Source of the DNA: Elsinoe ampelina
Lineage: Eukaryota
Reading direction: 5' to 3'
DNA: 64,000 nt
Assembly: GCA_010093995.1 (NCBI GenBank)
Contig: ML992510.1
Location: 951,845-1,015,844, forward strand
Each line of letters starts with the position of its first letter. The stretch's first letter is position 1. The translations under genes and the position numbers were made by a program. Below the pieces are notes generated by a model. The model saw only the letters and a list, made by a program, of their open reading frames with translations. It ran no database searches and was not told the DNA's origin. Positions 35,090 to 47,586 of this stretch are shown piece by piece.

Positions 35090-35816
35090 ATGCGCCATTT
35101 TGCTGCGTCACCATATACATAAATCTCACATGGATGCTATCGGCATCGAATCCGGTCGTCATGGCCCAATTGTATCCCACAATACTACCGTCGGCCTCAC
35201 GAGCAATCACATCTGACCCCTGGCAATGCGCCACTGAGAATATGACATCCTTGTTCATGCCTCTCACACCAAGCGGTGTTCTCCTGGACGCTCTTGTCAG
35301 CCACGGCGAAGTTCTTCTCGACGAATATTGTCCTCGCACTCAGGCAGTCTGCCTATTTCCTGCTTACTCCAAATGGTGCTCTTTCACCCACACCGCGCCG
35401 ACTTCTGTCCTCTCAGAATACAGATCTTATGGCAGCGTGGCGAATGCATGGCTGGCTGCTCGGAGCTCTACGATGGTCGAATTGGCTGAAGGATGCCCGA
35501 ATTACTGGTACAAAGCAATAAATCAAGTTTTCCTCGCCGAGAACAGGATCAATAACACTATTGCTATGGCTGAGTGCTATGCGGCCGCACAAAATGCGCC
35601 TGTCTCGTCCACAGCGTCATCTACCCTGCTGCCCACTCCTACCAGTAGTCATCTATCCTGCTACCCACTCCTATCAGTAGATCCAGTCCTGGTGCCACAG
35701 CGAGCAAATCGCGGACATCAGCTCCCACATCCAACAGTGATCAGTCGACAAATTCGAATCTGCGAAGAATTAGCAGTTGCATGGTGGTCCTCTTCGGTCT
35801 CCTCATATGGCTGTGA
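35090..35816 (+). pseudogene. Frameshifted secreted Cys-rich, probably GPI-anchored protein
   Basis: Cys-rich core DPWQCATEN...WCSF...CPNYW...AECY. The Ser/Thr linker and hydrophobic tail (...RRISSCMVVLFGLLIWL*) lie in another frame from 35649. ATG 35090 is out of frame with the signal-like stretch. Confidence 0.65.
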
Positions 35817-36481
35817 AACGAGGTCGCTGCTTGGGGAGATTTGCCAGATAAGGGGTAGCACAACATGAAATGACAGCAGAACATGGGGACACCAATCTAT
35901 CTATCAGGCAACAGACCTCAGCTCCGACGACTAGCGCAGCCACATCACTCAAAACATGTGTCGCCCAGCCCTCCGGTAAGGATGGAAATTTGGCGGCACA
36001 GCAACCCCTGGAAAAGGCTGCAATACGCGCACAAATATCCAGGATCAGGAACGATGATATCCACTCTGGACAGATACCGAGCGACAGGGGACTCCATCTG
36101 CGATGACCCGGACTTGGCTTAGCCGATGACTGTCAGGGCTCTACAACCATGCTTCATAGTAGCTTAGTGCTGCGCGCACTGTAGCCGCGAGAGAAAATAC
36201 CTGCACTTACCTCCAGATGGAACGATACGATTCCACGACCGATCGGGGTACCAGAATGAAGTGACTGCAAGAGCCTGCATGGGTCAAATTCATATTCGCA
36301 AAGCTGTTCGCTAATTCGCTGCATTGTACAAACGTCACTCTGGCCCTTGTCCAGCCTCGGGTCCTCATGTCCGGTAAACTCATGACAATCACATCTCCCT
36401 TCCCACTCCACACCCTATCACTCCACAACCCACCACTACTTCCCCTCCTCCTCTCCCTCACGATCCATAGCCAGAGAAACC

Positions 36482-39400
36482 TCAATCATCCATAGGCTTA
36501 TCAACCAACTCCACCCCTCTCCTTCCCCTCTCCTCCTCCTGGCCCTCTTCTTCGTCCACCCTCTCCGCCCCCATCCCCGTATACTCCCCCAAAACCCCCG
36601 CGACCCCACTCCCCGTACTCCCTACACTATCCCTCTTCCCCACCAAACTCTGCCTCTGCAACCCGCTCGTGCCCCTCCGACTGAAATTCCCCGTGGAAGG
36701 GCCGTTGCTCCCGCTCCGTCCCCCCGCGGCGCCGCCTCGCGTGAGACTATCCCGCTTCTGAATGGCTTCCCGCGCCGAGATGCTGGCTGTGCTGCCGTGG
36801 CGGGGTGGGTGGTGGGTGGAGTCGGCTTCGGAGTGAGCGACGGATGTCCGTTGCGAGGGGGGCAGGGAGTCGTCTTGGCTGTAGCTGTAGTAGTGGGAGG
36901 GGGACATGAAGTCGGCGGGATAGCTGAGGGTGGAGGAGAGGTGGATGGGGCTGGCTTCGGAGGTGGGGTTGGTGTTGATTGTGGTGGAGCGGTCGCGGGA
37001 GGTGGGTTTGGAGTCGGTTTGGACAGTGGGGTTGGTGGGGGAGATGTCGTCTTTGGGTGGAGGCGGGGGCGCTTGGGAGGTGTGGCCGTTGGTTTGAGGT
37101 TTGTCGGTCGGGACAGCGACGGGATTGGCGACAGGCCCGTGGGGTGGGGAGAGGGGGACTTCGAGACTGCCGCCTCGGGGACGGGATCCGCTGGGTGAAT
37201 TTGAGGCGGAGGTGGCGATGGGGAAGCGGGTCTCTGCGGAAGTGCTACGTTCTCGGCGGTGACCGACTGCGAGAGGTCCGCCCATGGAGACGCGTGACAT
37301 TGGGTTGGGACTTGGTGCGCGGATGCGCTCCGCATTAGCCTGGATAGCGCGCTGTCTCTCCTCCATGGCTTCTCGGCGGTTTGACTCGTCTCGTTGTTCG
37401 AACTTTTGTCGAGATTCTGCTGCTTTGGCTTGTGCGGAGGAGAGTGATGCGGCACGCTTCAGCTCGCCGAAGATGGCATCCTTGTGTGCGAAGAGATCTC
37501 GTACCAATCGCATGTTGTACTTCTCCGTGACGGTTAGAGAATTCTCTTGCTTTGGTCGTAGTATGCACGGCGCAAGAGCAGTCGCCAATGATGCGACGTA
37601 CTGCTCATCGGCGGACGTGAGGTCAATGAGACGGGTGAAATGGGTCGTTATGGCGTCAAGGGTGGCGATATTGGCAAGTCGTAGTTGACCGAGGGTGCTC
37701 TGGATGACGCTGACTCTGGTTGCTTCGTCCGTACTTTGTGCTGTGGTTGTGTAAATCGTCTTGACGATCTCGTAGACTTGAGATGACACGATCGAGTCGG
37801 GAAGCTCGAGAAGATACAGCTTGAGTAGGCTTGCGACGATGGGCACGTCATAGCGCTCAAGCATCTCAAATGGTGCACCCTTGGCTGTGAGTATGGCATT
37901 GCGTAGGTGGTGAGATGCCCCGAGCGGAACATCTACCAGCCAGATACCCCTGCGAGCTTCGTCCCCCTCAAGCTCGGGATACTTGTTGTCGAGGAAAGTC
38001 AGGATCGTCGTGACGATGATTGGCACCCTCTTGCGGTCTGCTCTCGCTCGTGCTTCGATATCTACGCCGAAGATTTGATCTGGAAACGTTAGACGCACCC
38101 CCAATTTCCGTACATGGTGAAGCTCACCTCCGATTTGATTGTAGTAGTTCTCATATATCTGCACTCGAGGAACAAAGCTGCCAGTCCTGTAATTCTCCAG
38201 CAGGTATCGCAGATCCGCTTGTGGTTGAATGGTCTCCTGGAACAACATCATGTTGTCGACTGTGCTCTGCAGACTCGGAATGACATTCGAGATTGCTCCT
38301 GAGAAGTCCAGAATGACGCTCTTGATCGCCTTCAACCTGTCCAGCTCACAACGTTCCATGAACTTCATGTGATCAATCATAGCCTCTTCCAAATTGCACC
38401 GCAATGCGTCCAACTTCTTGACTGCAGCTTTGTACTTTTCATCGCTCTCTCTGGCTTCTCGTCGAAGCCTCTCCGCGGGTGTTTCGTTTGGGTGAGGGTT
38501 GTTTAGTGGGTTCCAGCCCTGAAGATACTCGCCGACTGCGCTGACACTAGGATTGTCGTAGATAGAATCTCCTGATGAGACTGTCGATGATCGAGCCAGA
38601 GGTTGCCTCTTCTCAGGGTACCCTGCCATCTTGAAAGCTTTCGGACGCCATTGATAGTACATGCGACTGCTGTTCGCAAACGTGCTTCCTACGTTCCCGA
38701 CCAGTCGCAAGAAACCACTACTGACGAGGTCTTGTCCAATACGTTCAGCGTATGACACGCTCGTCCCGTTGAGGTTCTTCTGTATGTACTCTGTGATATC
38801 CGACCCTGTGGAGACATTCTGATATGTGCCGAGAATTGGAACCTTGGTTTCGCCGAGCTTGATGCTGTCGAGCGCATGGGCCAGGACCTTCTTCAATCGC
38901 TCCGGGCTGTATGTCTCATCCCCAAGATCTATTGGCTCATCGTCCTCCTCCTCTGCATCGGGCTCTGAGATCTTGACCGCGGGTGCTGTTGCGCTCTTCG
39001 GGCTTTTGAGCTCGCTTTGTGGGTCCTGGAAAGCCAGCTTCTCCTCTTCGTCCAGGTCCTCTACGCGCCTGCACTTGTTGTAATATTGACTTCGACATGA
39101 TCGAACGACCTCTGCCTGCTTGTCATGCGCCTTGAGTCGTGATTGTAGATCATCCTGCGAATTTTGCACTCGGAGAGTATGTTGCTCGCACCAGCGGCCG
39201 AATGGTGTGACGACCAGTTCTCGGATGTTTGACGCAATCTTCTTGTGGCTCTTCGAAGCTTCCGACAGCTCAGTCCGTACCCCATCGTAGGCCTTCTTCA
39301 CGCTTGCGCCGTCGTCTCTCTGGAAGCCGCCTGTAATACGATTGGTCGCATAGTCGATCTCGCCCAGACGTTGGGAGTATAGCTCTTCGGCTTCGGCTCT

Positions 39401-39570
39401 CATGCGAGCTACCGTGAGCATTTGCTGGTTTTCTTGCACGCCCTGCTGAAGCTTCTGGAAGAGGACACCCAGGCCTAATCATGTCAGTGATGGAAGATGA
39501 AACTGGCAAGCTTTAGCATACCTGCTGCATAGTCGCCGCCGCCCCAGAAAGCATTCGCGAAGGTCGACAT
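36482..39570 (-). CDS. RGD2: F-BAR(FCH)-DEP-RhoGAP protein (Rgd2/Rga8 type); introns 39521-39475, 38127-38080
   Basis: Starts MSTFANAFWGGGDYAAGLGVLFQKL (FCH). DEP region AERIGQDLVSSGFLRLVGNVGSTF. RhoGAP IFGVDIE...LLKLYLLELPDSIV. Confidence 0.9.
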
Positions 39571-39865
39571 GATTATCTGCTGTACAAAAGATCAGCCTCG
39601 CTCACTTCCGCCCAGCAGAAGACAGCAGCGGCTCCAGTCAGCAGCAGTAGCGGTCGAGGAGAAGCACAATAGCAGTAAGATGAGTCGTGGTGAAGGAGTG
39701 TGGTTGTCGTGCCCAGGTATATTCGCAGCGACTCCAGAAGAACGTTAGAAGACAGTAAATCTATAAACAGGACATTTGCTGCCCTCAACGACATTCAGGT
39801 TCGCCAGCCCTCGTCTTGGCACGTGCGTACAAGCTCCGGGCAACGTCATTGGTCAATGCAGCTTG

Positions 39866-40145
39866 CGATATAGAATTCCAAAGGGGATTAGCATCTATTA
39901 GAACACACAAAGATCTACTTATACTGCTAAACCTTGTCTATCTTAATTAATAATAATAGACAAGTTAATTAAGAAGAAGTCTACCTACTAAGAAAGAAAG
40001 AATAGCTATAAATCTCTAAGCCTTTTTAATTACATCACCTAGATTTCTAGCTTAATTATCTAAAAAGAGCTATATTCTTAATACTTCGCCGTGTTGTATT
40101 AAGCTGAGACTTGCAGTAGTCTATGTGCAAGGTTAGGTTACTAAC
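39866..40145. repeat. Short AT-rich RIP-degraded repeat relic (boundaries approximate)
   Basis: Abrupt TpA-rich, CpA/TpG-poor patch between GC-balanced genes, with no ORF. Confidence 0.6.
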
Positions 40146-40206
40146 GATTCAACTTTGAGAGAGCAAGGTTATCCCTCGTACAAGTAACGTCATGGGGATA
40201 TTAGCA

Positions 40207-41631
40207 TTATGAATCTCGAGAGAAGAAGACTACTTGCACGGTAATGTCATCTCGAACCTTCCGTGATAGCGGTGCATCGAATGCTAGCCGGCCATGCAAC
40301 AATTCACTGTGATTACCGCCGAGCGCATTGCGTACCAGGTGAACAGCTGCATTGTCGTCTCGTACAGTCGTCCTCGCCGGTATAAACCTCCAACTCACGC
40401 CTTTCCAAAATTGGCCAAAGTCAAATTTACCGTAGTTCTGGGGTGCCTGCACTGCGGCCCTGCCGTCTCTGGCATCGATCCATTTCCCGACGAGCTCTAC
40501 AGCTTGTTCATTGGACAAGGTATCCCACATACCATCGCTAGCCATGATCAGAAACGACGGGCGATCATGCTCTATTGTGATCGATGTGACGACGGGCTCG
40601 GCCGTGAGGTACGGCGGCGTTCGAATGTCGTATCTCGGAGTCAGAGGCGAGGGACCGTAGAACCTTCGCTGATACTCCCGCTGCATGTCCAGCGGCAGTT
40701 TCCAGCGACTGTCACCGAATGCCCTTGACACAGCCAGTCCAAGCATCCGGCCATCTCGAGCTATGGCATCCTCTCCAGGGTGTTCCCGTTGTATTCTTGT
40801 CATCTCGTCTTGATTCCTGCCATTCTGGTCCGCCGATAGAGCCACTGCCTCCCACTTGCTATCAGCTATTCGTCGGCCTAGGACAGCCCTTGAATCACCG
40901 GTGCAAGCCACGTGAAGCATTCGTGTCTTAGCATCAAAGAGGGACAACAAGGCACAAGAGCCTGCGAAAGCAGGCGCCAGACACTTGATTGTGTCTTGCA
41001 AGGGATTTTGACTGTCACGAGCCTCCCTTGCCGTGTCGAAAATGAGATTGTCGAGCTGGATGAACCCATCCATGATTGCTCGCTGGATGTCATTGACCCG
41101 AGGAGTGCCATCAACTCCTTCCATCTTGACGCGGCCGAGATGTTGTCGCACGACAGGCGTCAATTGTTGTTTAAGCAGCTCAGCCGTCTGCCAGCCCGAG
41201 TGTCCGTCAAAGACACCCCACGTATACCAGCACTCAGCATTGTTCCACGGGCTAGAAAACAATCCATGTGTGTAGCGATCTTCACAGGGGCTGTTTGAGT
41301 TGACCTGTGCGCCATCGTAATGTAAGATTCCGCTGCCCTGTCGTCCCGTATGCCTGAAAGAGCCCCGCTCAAGCAATCGAGTTACCTCCTCTTCATCGGG
41401 GCCATGTTCTACGGCCAGACCAGTCGGTATCTTCTCGTCGAGGCGTGGTATATCGTCCCGACCGGCGGCGACCAAAGTCCAAAGACCAACAGTGGTGACT
41501 GTGCTGGTCACCAGCAGAACAGTGGCCGATCGTTTCGATACAGGACGTGAGGGAGAAAGAGAGGGCCCTCGTCGGGACGATAAGTGTCGGCGAGGATGCG
41601 CAAGACGTGCCCACTTGTGGGCAGCAGTCAT
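40207..41631 (-). CDS. PP2C-family phosphatase, mitochondrial pyruvate dehydrogenase phosphatase (Ptc5-like)
   Basis: Arg/Ser-rich presequence, SNSPCEDR, VFDGHSG, VACTGDSRAVLG, VSRAFGD, LIMASDGMWD, RDDITVQVVFF. Confidence 0.92.
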   Translation of the reverse strand: MTAAHKWARLAHPRRHLSSRRGPSLSPSRPVSKRSATVLLVTSTVTTVGLWTLVAAGRDDIPRLDEKIPTGLAVEHGPDEEEVTRLLERGSFRHTGRQGSGILHYDGAQVNSNSPCEDRYTHGLFSSPWNNAECWYTWGVFDGHSGWQTAELLKQQLTPVVRQHLGRVKMEGVDGTPRVNDIQRAIMDGFIQLDNLIFDTAREARDSQNPLQDTIKCLAPAFAGSCALLSLFDAKTRMLHVACTGDSRAVLGRRIADSKWEAVALSADQNGRNQDEMTRIQREHPGEDAIARDGRMLGLAVSRAFGDSRWKLPLDMQREYQRRFYGPSPLTPRYDIRTPPYLTAEPVVTSITIEHDRPSFLIMASDGMWDTLSNEQAVELVGKWIDARDGRAAVQAPQNYGKFDFGQFWKGVSWRFIPARTTVRDDNAAVHLVRNALGGNHSELLHGRLAFDAPLSRKVRDDITVQVVFFSRDS

Positions 41632-41996
41632 GATGCTTGCAAAGTCATGAATGAGCTATTTACATCTGGGGCGGGAGTCCGGGAACACGCAACTTTAACT
41701 TTACTTGAGCACTTGCTGTCCGTGCACCATGGACGGACATAACGGCACACGGGAACATGCACAATGCACTTTTGCATTCTATTGGAAGTCCAGGTCTCTA
41801 AATGACAGGTCCATCATTGATCAAAAGCCCAAGAGGAGTAGTACAATTTGTAACGTCGCCTTGCCACCGCACTTAGAGTCGTCCTTTCTGCTTCTGTGTT
41901 CCCGGATTTCTCATGCCTACGTCCGTCTCTTGATCCGAATTCTGCAATTCGTACGAGCGAAGTGGGAACTCGATTGCTCATAGGGAGGCTCCTATG

Positions 41997-42056
41997 ATGG
42001 TGGAGGGGTGTCTGGTGGAGTTGGATATGGTGGAGGGGTGTCTGGTGGAGTCGGAT
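41997..42056 (+). repeat. 30-bp tandem duplication
   Basis: ATGGTGGAGGGGTGTCTGGTGGAGTYGGAT x2 with one mismatch. Confidence 0.85.
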
Positions 42057-43100
42057 ATGGATCCGGATCCGGGTTGGACATGATACTGCGTACCCCCTGA
42101 ACATTAGTGCTTTGAAGACAATGTCATGGAAAGGCTTTTGCATACGTCCACGGGTGCTCAGCCAACGCGCGAAGCAAGGTTGGGTTAATGCTTGGGAAGA
42201 TGGATGCGGTAGGATGGTCTCGACCGCCGCAGATTAGGAGGTTGGGAATGTAGCAAGATTATACAGCAGGACAATACTCAACACTCGTCTAGAACGAGCG
42301 GGGTTCTCCATCTGTCCTCGCTTCCAGGTCCCTATCGTAGAAAGCCTAGCTGCTAAGCCTGCCTGCAAGTCCACGGCGTAGCTATGCGGATTTGGCCGTG
42401 CCACGAGGCCTTAGCGTCCCCCTTCGACATGACGGATCTGCGATGCGTGGGAACGATTGTCTTTGTAGAAGAATACTCAAGGGATGAAGTCTTTTTGTAG
42501 CTTCATGGAACCTCGATATACTATAATACGGGCAGATGCTAGAAGGTGAGGGGTCGAAGAGCAAGGCAGGGAGAAAACGGACTAGTTTGATGGCACCTCG
42601 AGACCAACCGAGGGCATGTTCGTATCATATCGACATAGTAATCAACAGATAATAATCAGCTTAGAATGGACAGAATGGGGTGATGTCGCATTTTGAAAGA
42701 TCGATATGGGTAAGCGACGCAACCCGGTCTGGATCGCGGCGACGGAGAATCCGAGTGGTCCGGCGAAGAAATCGCGGATGGGATGGGTGCTGCAGTCATG
42801 GAAACGAAGGACGAAGAGTGCTGTCGAGTGGTCACAAATGTGTCTGAGAAGATGCGCTGCGGTTGGTTGACCCATTTGTACTGGGAGGAGGTTCAGCAGG
42901 ATGGGCCGCCCACTATGAAGTGTCACTCTCAGGGGCCGGTGGACCCGTACTGTACGGTCATGTGAACCGTCCTGGACTAATGTTCCCGATGATGGTATGG
43001 AAGAAGACGCTGGACGATTCTAAAATCTTCTTTATATTTTGTATCCCGCATCTTTGCGAATTGATGGACCCACAACATCACGACATGATGTGGATCAATC

Positions 43101-44362
43101 CTACAAAGCACCGACAGCCCGCAAGAAACTCCTGGGTGCGTCCTCGGCCATGAGTTGATGCATCACGTCCTGTCCCTCGAAGATCTCAGGAGCTCGCTCG
43201 AACAGCTGCTTCTCGTAGGCCGCCACTGCTTCATCTAGGCTGTCGACTCCGTGATCAATGATCTGTCGTGCGAGTTGCCAGCTATCGTACATGGCCATGT
43301 TCACCCCTTCGCCGGACGGTAGACTGAGGATGTCAGCTGCTGTATCTATAGAGCATATAGAAGCGGAGCGACGAGGCTTACGTGAGGTGTGCAGCATCTC
43401 CGACCAGTGTTACGCCTGGACAAGAATTCCACGGTACCGACTCTGCCGGTAGGTGGTACAAAGGCCAACTCCGAAAGGGTCCCTGACTTTGCTGAATTAG
43501 TCTTCTGTTCGTCTCATCTGCATCGGCGAAGATGTCGTTGAGCAACCACTTCCGGATCGCAATAGGATCTTCGGCAAACTTTGTGTCTGCCGTCCAGGTC
43601 TCCGGGAGTTTGAGTGTGACAGTCATGATGTAGTTCCCGTCACCCATGCGTTGAGCACCGAGCATGCGACTGCCACCGGTGGCGAAGTAGTTTCCTTTGC
43701 CGACGAGACCGGCAGCGTGGTGGTAGCATGGGTCGTTAGGCTTAATGAGCGACGTGAAAGCATAGATACCGGAGTAACTTGGTTTGATGGGCGTGATCTA
43801 GATGTGTCAGTCCGGTCGGGGCTACTCCTTGACGAGGCCGACTTACCAGCTTCCTCGCCTTTGACCAAGCCCCATCTGCGCCGACGACGAGCTTGAATCC
43901 CTTTTCGATATGCCCATCAGCGAGGTGAATAGCCATGTCGTCGTTCCCCCTGATCACTTCTTTGACCTTCGATCCCCATCTCACGCTACCGTTCGGCACA
44001 GAGGCGAGCAGCATCGCCCTCAGATCCTTCCTATCGATCTCTGGCCTGTCATTCCCACCTCCACTTTCCTCCACGGGCATATCAACCCATACCTTCCCAT
44101 TCAGATCGGCAATCTTGTTGGCCATCCCCTCGTAGCGGGCATGCTTCTTGAACTCCTCAAGCAGACCGGCTTCCCTGAGTGCAAGCTGGCCTGTATGGAC
44201 GTGGATATCGAGAGTCCCGCCCTGTTGCGCGAGGTGAGGATGAGGATCTCTCTCGAACAGGATGTATGAGATGTTGTGCAGTCCTAGGATACGGGCGAGC
44301 AGTAGTCCGGCAGGGCCGGCGCCAACGATGGCGACGAGTGGGGACCTGATTAGTGAGGGCAT
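43101..44362 (-). CDS. FAD-dependent monooxygenase, TetX-like subfamily; introns 43846-43798, 43381-43324
   Basis: GAGPAG Rossmann motif, QGGTLDIH..TGQLAL, DRPEIDRKDLR, VVGADGAWS, TLVGDAAHLTLPSGEGVNMAMYD. Confidence 0.92.
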
Positions 44363-44651
44363 CGAGGGGAATGTGATGATAGATAGGCATTGTGTAGGTG
44401 GAGATCATGATGCTTTATAGTACTTGGCTATGTTGGTTGCAGGTTGTCAAGCGGTCTTTAGCTAGTCCCGGTTTGCAACGTGCAATTGGCCGTTGTGTTG
44501 TGAGCCATGGAGTCGCAGGAAGATTTCGGGTTCTAGCTAAATCCCGCTCACGCTACCCGGACAGTGCTGGATCGAACGGTCCGGCCGTGGTGTCACACTA
44601 CATAGCATGCTGGATGACCAGATAGAGTGCATGCCATTAATTATCCGTGTG

Positions 44652-46870
44652 TCATCCTGTAGTCATCGAATTCCAGTCCAGCAGTGTCCAATCGAAGTGT
44701 TCCACATCCAGCCCCGGAATCATGTGATTGTCCACCACACTGGGTGAAGTAGTCTGTATCACGTTGATGGCATTGTAGTAGGAAGCCCCACTGCCAGGAG
44801 TACCATACTCGTTCGACGATGCCGTGTTCGCCACTGGGTAAGGAACCATGTTGGCGATTGAGGTCATGAAGTCCATCTGGTCATTCGAAGCAGTCGGCGA
44901 TGCTTGCTCCAGTCGTGTCTTGCTGTGAAAGACAATACTGGGCTCGCCAGGAGGCGACTCTTTGGACTTCACTAGAGCCATTCTTGCATCCCATGCCTGA
45001 ACCACGATCGTCGAGAAGGCCTTGATCAGCGGGTTCATCGGCTTGTGCGCATTGACAAGGCGATGCTGATAGTTGTCGCTCATGATCGCCCACGCTCTTT
45101 CAGCATGTTGTTGCAATGGTCGCTGTCGGAGAGATTGACAAGCTTGGATGTAAGCAAACCCTGGGAAGTAGATGTCCAGAAACCAGAAGTAGCCAGTCGT
45201 TAGGCTTGAGGACATCAGCTTGGTGTCGCATTGAAGCATGTACAAGGCATAATTAATAACAAGATCTCGCTGCTCGTTTGTCGCTCGATGAAACCCTTTT
45301 GATGACGTTGCCAATTGCTCTATTGCCCGCTTCTTCGCAATAAATGCTCTTGTGGTCCAAATCGTGAAATAGTGGAGCGGCTGATGTGCATCGCAGTATT
45401 GCAGGTAGTCATGCTCGATACTCTGTATTCCTTCTGAGAGCTTCTCACCCATTTTTACCGCTCTTGTCGGAGTGGCGGAATTCGGATAATACATCTCATG
45501 AGGCGTCGTTCCGGCATGCACGATAGCAGTTACCTCACTGCGAACAAGAGCAAAAAGAGCGTCGGTGGCTCGACCATATGTCGAGGGCTGAGACTTGATC
45601 TGTGGTCGGAGTTCTGAATCGTTCACGTTCAGGGGCTTCTTGCACGTCCAGGCGGAGACCCTCGCAGATGACTTGTAATCTCCCAATTCGAACATGCGGT
45701 CGTCAAAGCTGACGAGAGACCACCAGAGTCGGCGGCATAGCTCGGCCTCGAGTATGGTATTACCGTGGACCACCGATGCTTCAGAGTCGAATCCGAGGCG
45801 TTGAGCGATTCTGATTGCGCAGCCCAGCATGGAAGACATGGAGCGGGAGTCAGTCCTCGATCTTGCTGTCATCTGCTGCTATTAGTGGTCACACACGCTA
45901 AGACTTGCAATGAGACACTTCTCATCTCAAGACTTACAAGGTATAAGTAAAATGCGACTAAGCATTCCCGATCAGTTGTCTGCAGGATTCCACTACGCAG
46001 AAGCGCTTGCTGTGCGCCAAAGAGGTAGGCGCTGATGAGATCTTCTCGGTGCTGACTGAACTGCTCCACGCACTCTTGATCGTTGAGACTTTCGATCGCT
46101 ATGCAGTAGATACTGAACAGTAGAGCCTCCATGACAGGACTCAAAGCCTGTAAGTTTGTGGCGGCTTCCAGAATTCTTGGCTGTAATGTCGGCGTATGGG
46201 TTATCTTCAAGAGAGGATCAACGTTGTCAAGATAGACATGCCAGAGCTTGAAGATATGACCTTGCGAGGGATGTAAGGTGGACAAGTTAGCCATGCTGCT
46301 TTGAGCTCCGAACAAGAGCAGATGATCATTGTCTTTGTACAATTCCCAGTAAGTTTTGACGACGGTCTGCCGGGCGTTGTGATTAAGAAGCTCTTCTCGA
46401 TCAGTTTCATTGCTGCCGTAGTCTTCTTCGTCTTCTTCACTATCATTCGTGACAGGCTGATTCTGGTGACCATGTGTCAGCAGTCGAGCATGACGAGCCT
46501 TGATTAAACGCACCTTCGGCATCGAGACGTAAGAAGCTGTACACGAATCGTCTTTGAGAGTCGGAGCTGGGCTTGCCACACCACCACTGCGATCTTCAGG
46601 CGAAAGGACTCCATCGGGCGGGTCATTTTCGGGATGCATCGATTCAAACTTGATACCGTTTCTCCGCAGTAGAGCTTCGTAATGGCGCAGGCGGGCGATG
46701 AGCGCACCCTCTCCGAAGCGTCGGCGGCGGCGCCGAGGCCCAGTCGGAGCTTGTTGGCATTCTATCGACCTCTTGATGCAGTTGGAACATGGATCGCCAC
46801 GGTCGCATTTGACCTTTCGCTGCTGGCACGGGACGCACGAGAATGACTGAGCTGGTCGTGCAGATTCCAT
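44652..46870 (-). CDS. Zn(II)2Cys6 transcription factor with fungal-specific TF domain; introns 46513-46463, 45937-~45873
   Basis: CVPCQQRKVKCDRGDPCSNCIKRSIEC, YLDNVDPLLKITHTP, AIRIAQRLG and AELCRRLWWSL. Confidence 0.92.
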
Positions 46871-47586
46871 CTTTACCGAAGTGTCCGGTTAAAGACAGCG
46901 AGGAGGACAGTGGGGTGCTGTGTCATTAAGAACGGTATCCTCGACTGGGACTGCTGTACACTCGCCAGAAATCATGTGTTATTCGAGCTGTAGGTAGGAA
47001 CAGTCATGACGACGTGTACGGAACTTAGCTATCCTCCGTAACGCCCGACAGCTTGTCAGCACAACGCTGGCCGTGCCATTGGTGACAGAATGCTGGATCT
47101 TGTTCAAATGACTTGATCGATGCCCCAGGCAGTCTACGCATGATGGAAATTACATGTCTTTTGGTGTTGTTGATGGATGCAGAAGAAGATGAGTCCGAAA
47201 GTTTTTTTGTTTCGAAACCACGCTCTCCAGGTGATCGTCTGTCATTTCACTCCTCATTGCGCGTAGTCGTTTTGAACTTTTCAGCGCACAGAGTCGACAT
47301 TGAGTGTCGAGTACTGTCAACAGCTTTTCGAATATCGTACTGATCATTGTCCTTATTGATTATTCCAAACGCTTCTGATGTACTAAAGATGGCCCTCGAT
47401 CCAATTTGCCATTTATAGCAGAATTACCCCTCCCCCACACGCATCATCGAGGGGAGCATCTATGGGCCGCTTAGCCGGAAGATAAGGTACCGTATGTAAT
47501 GTGATATTTGATCTTGTTCCAAAGTCTCTCAATCTCTTTTTTCTCTTCGTGCAATTGATCGAATAATTGTCGCGAGCACTAGAGAC

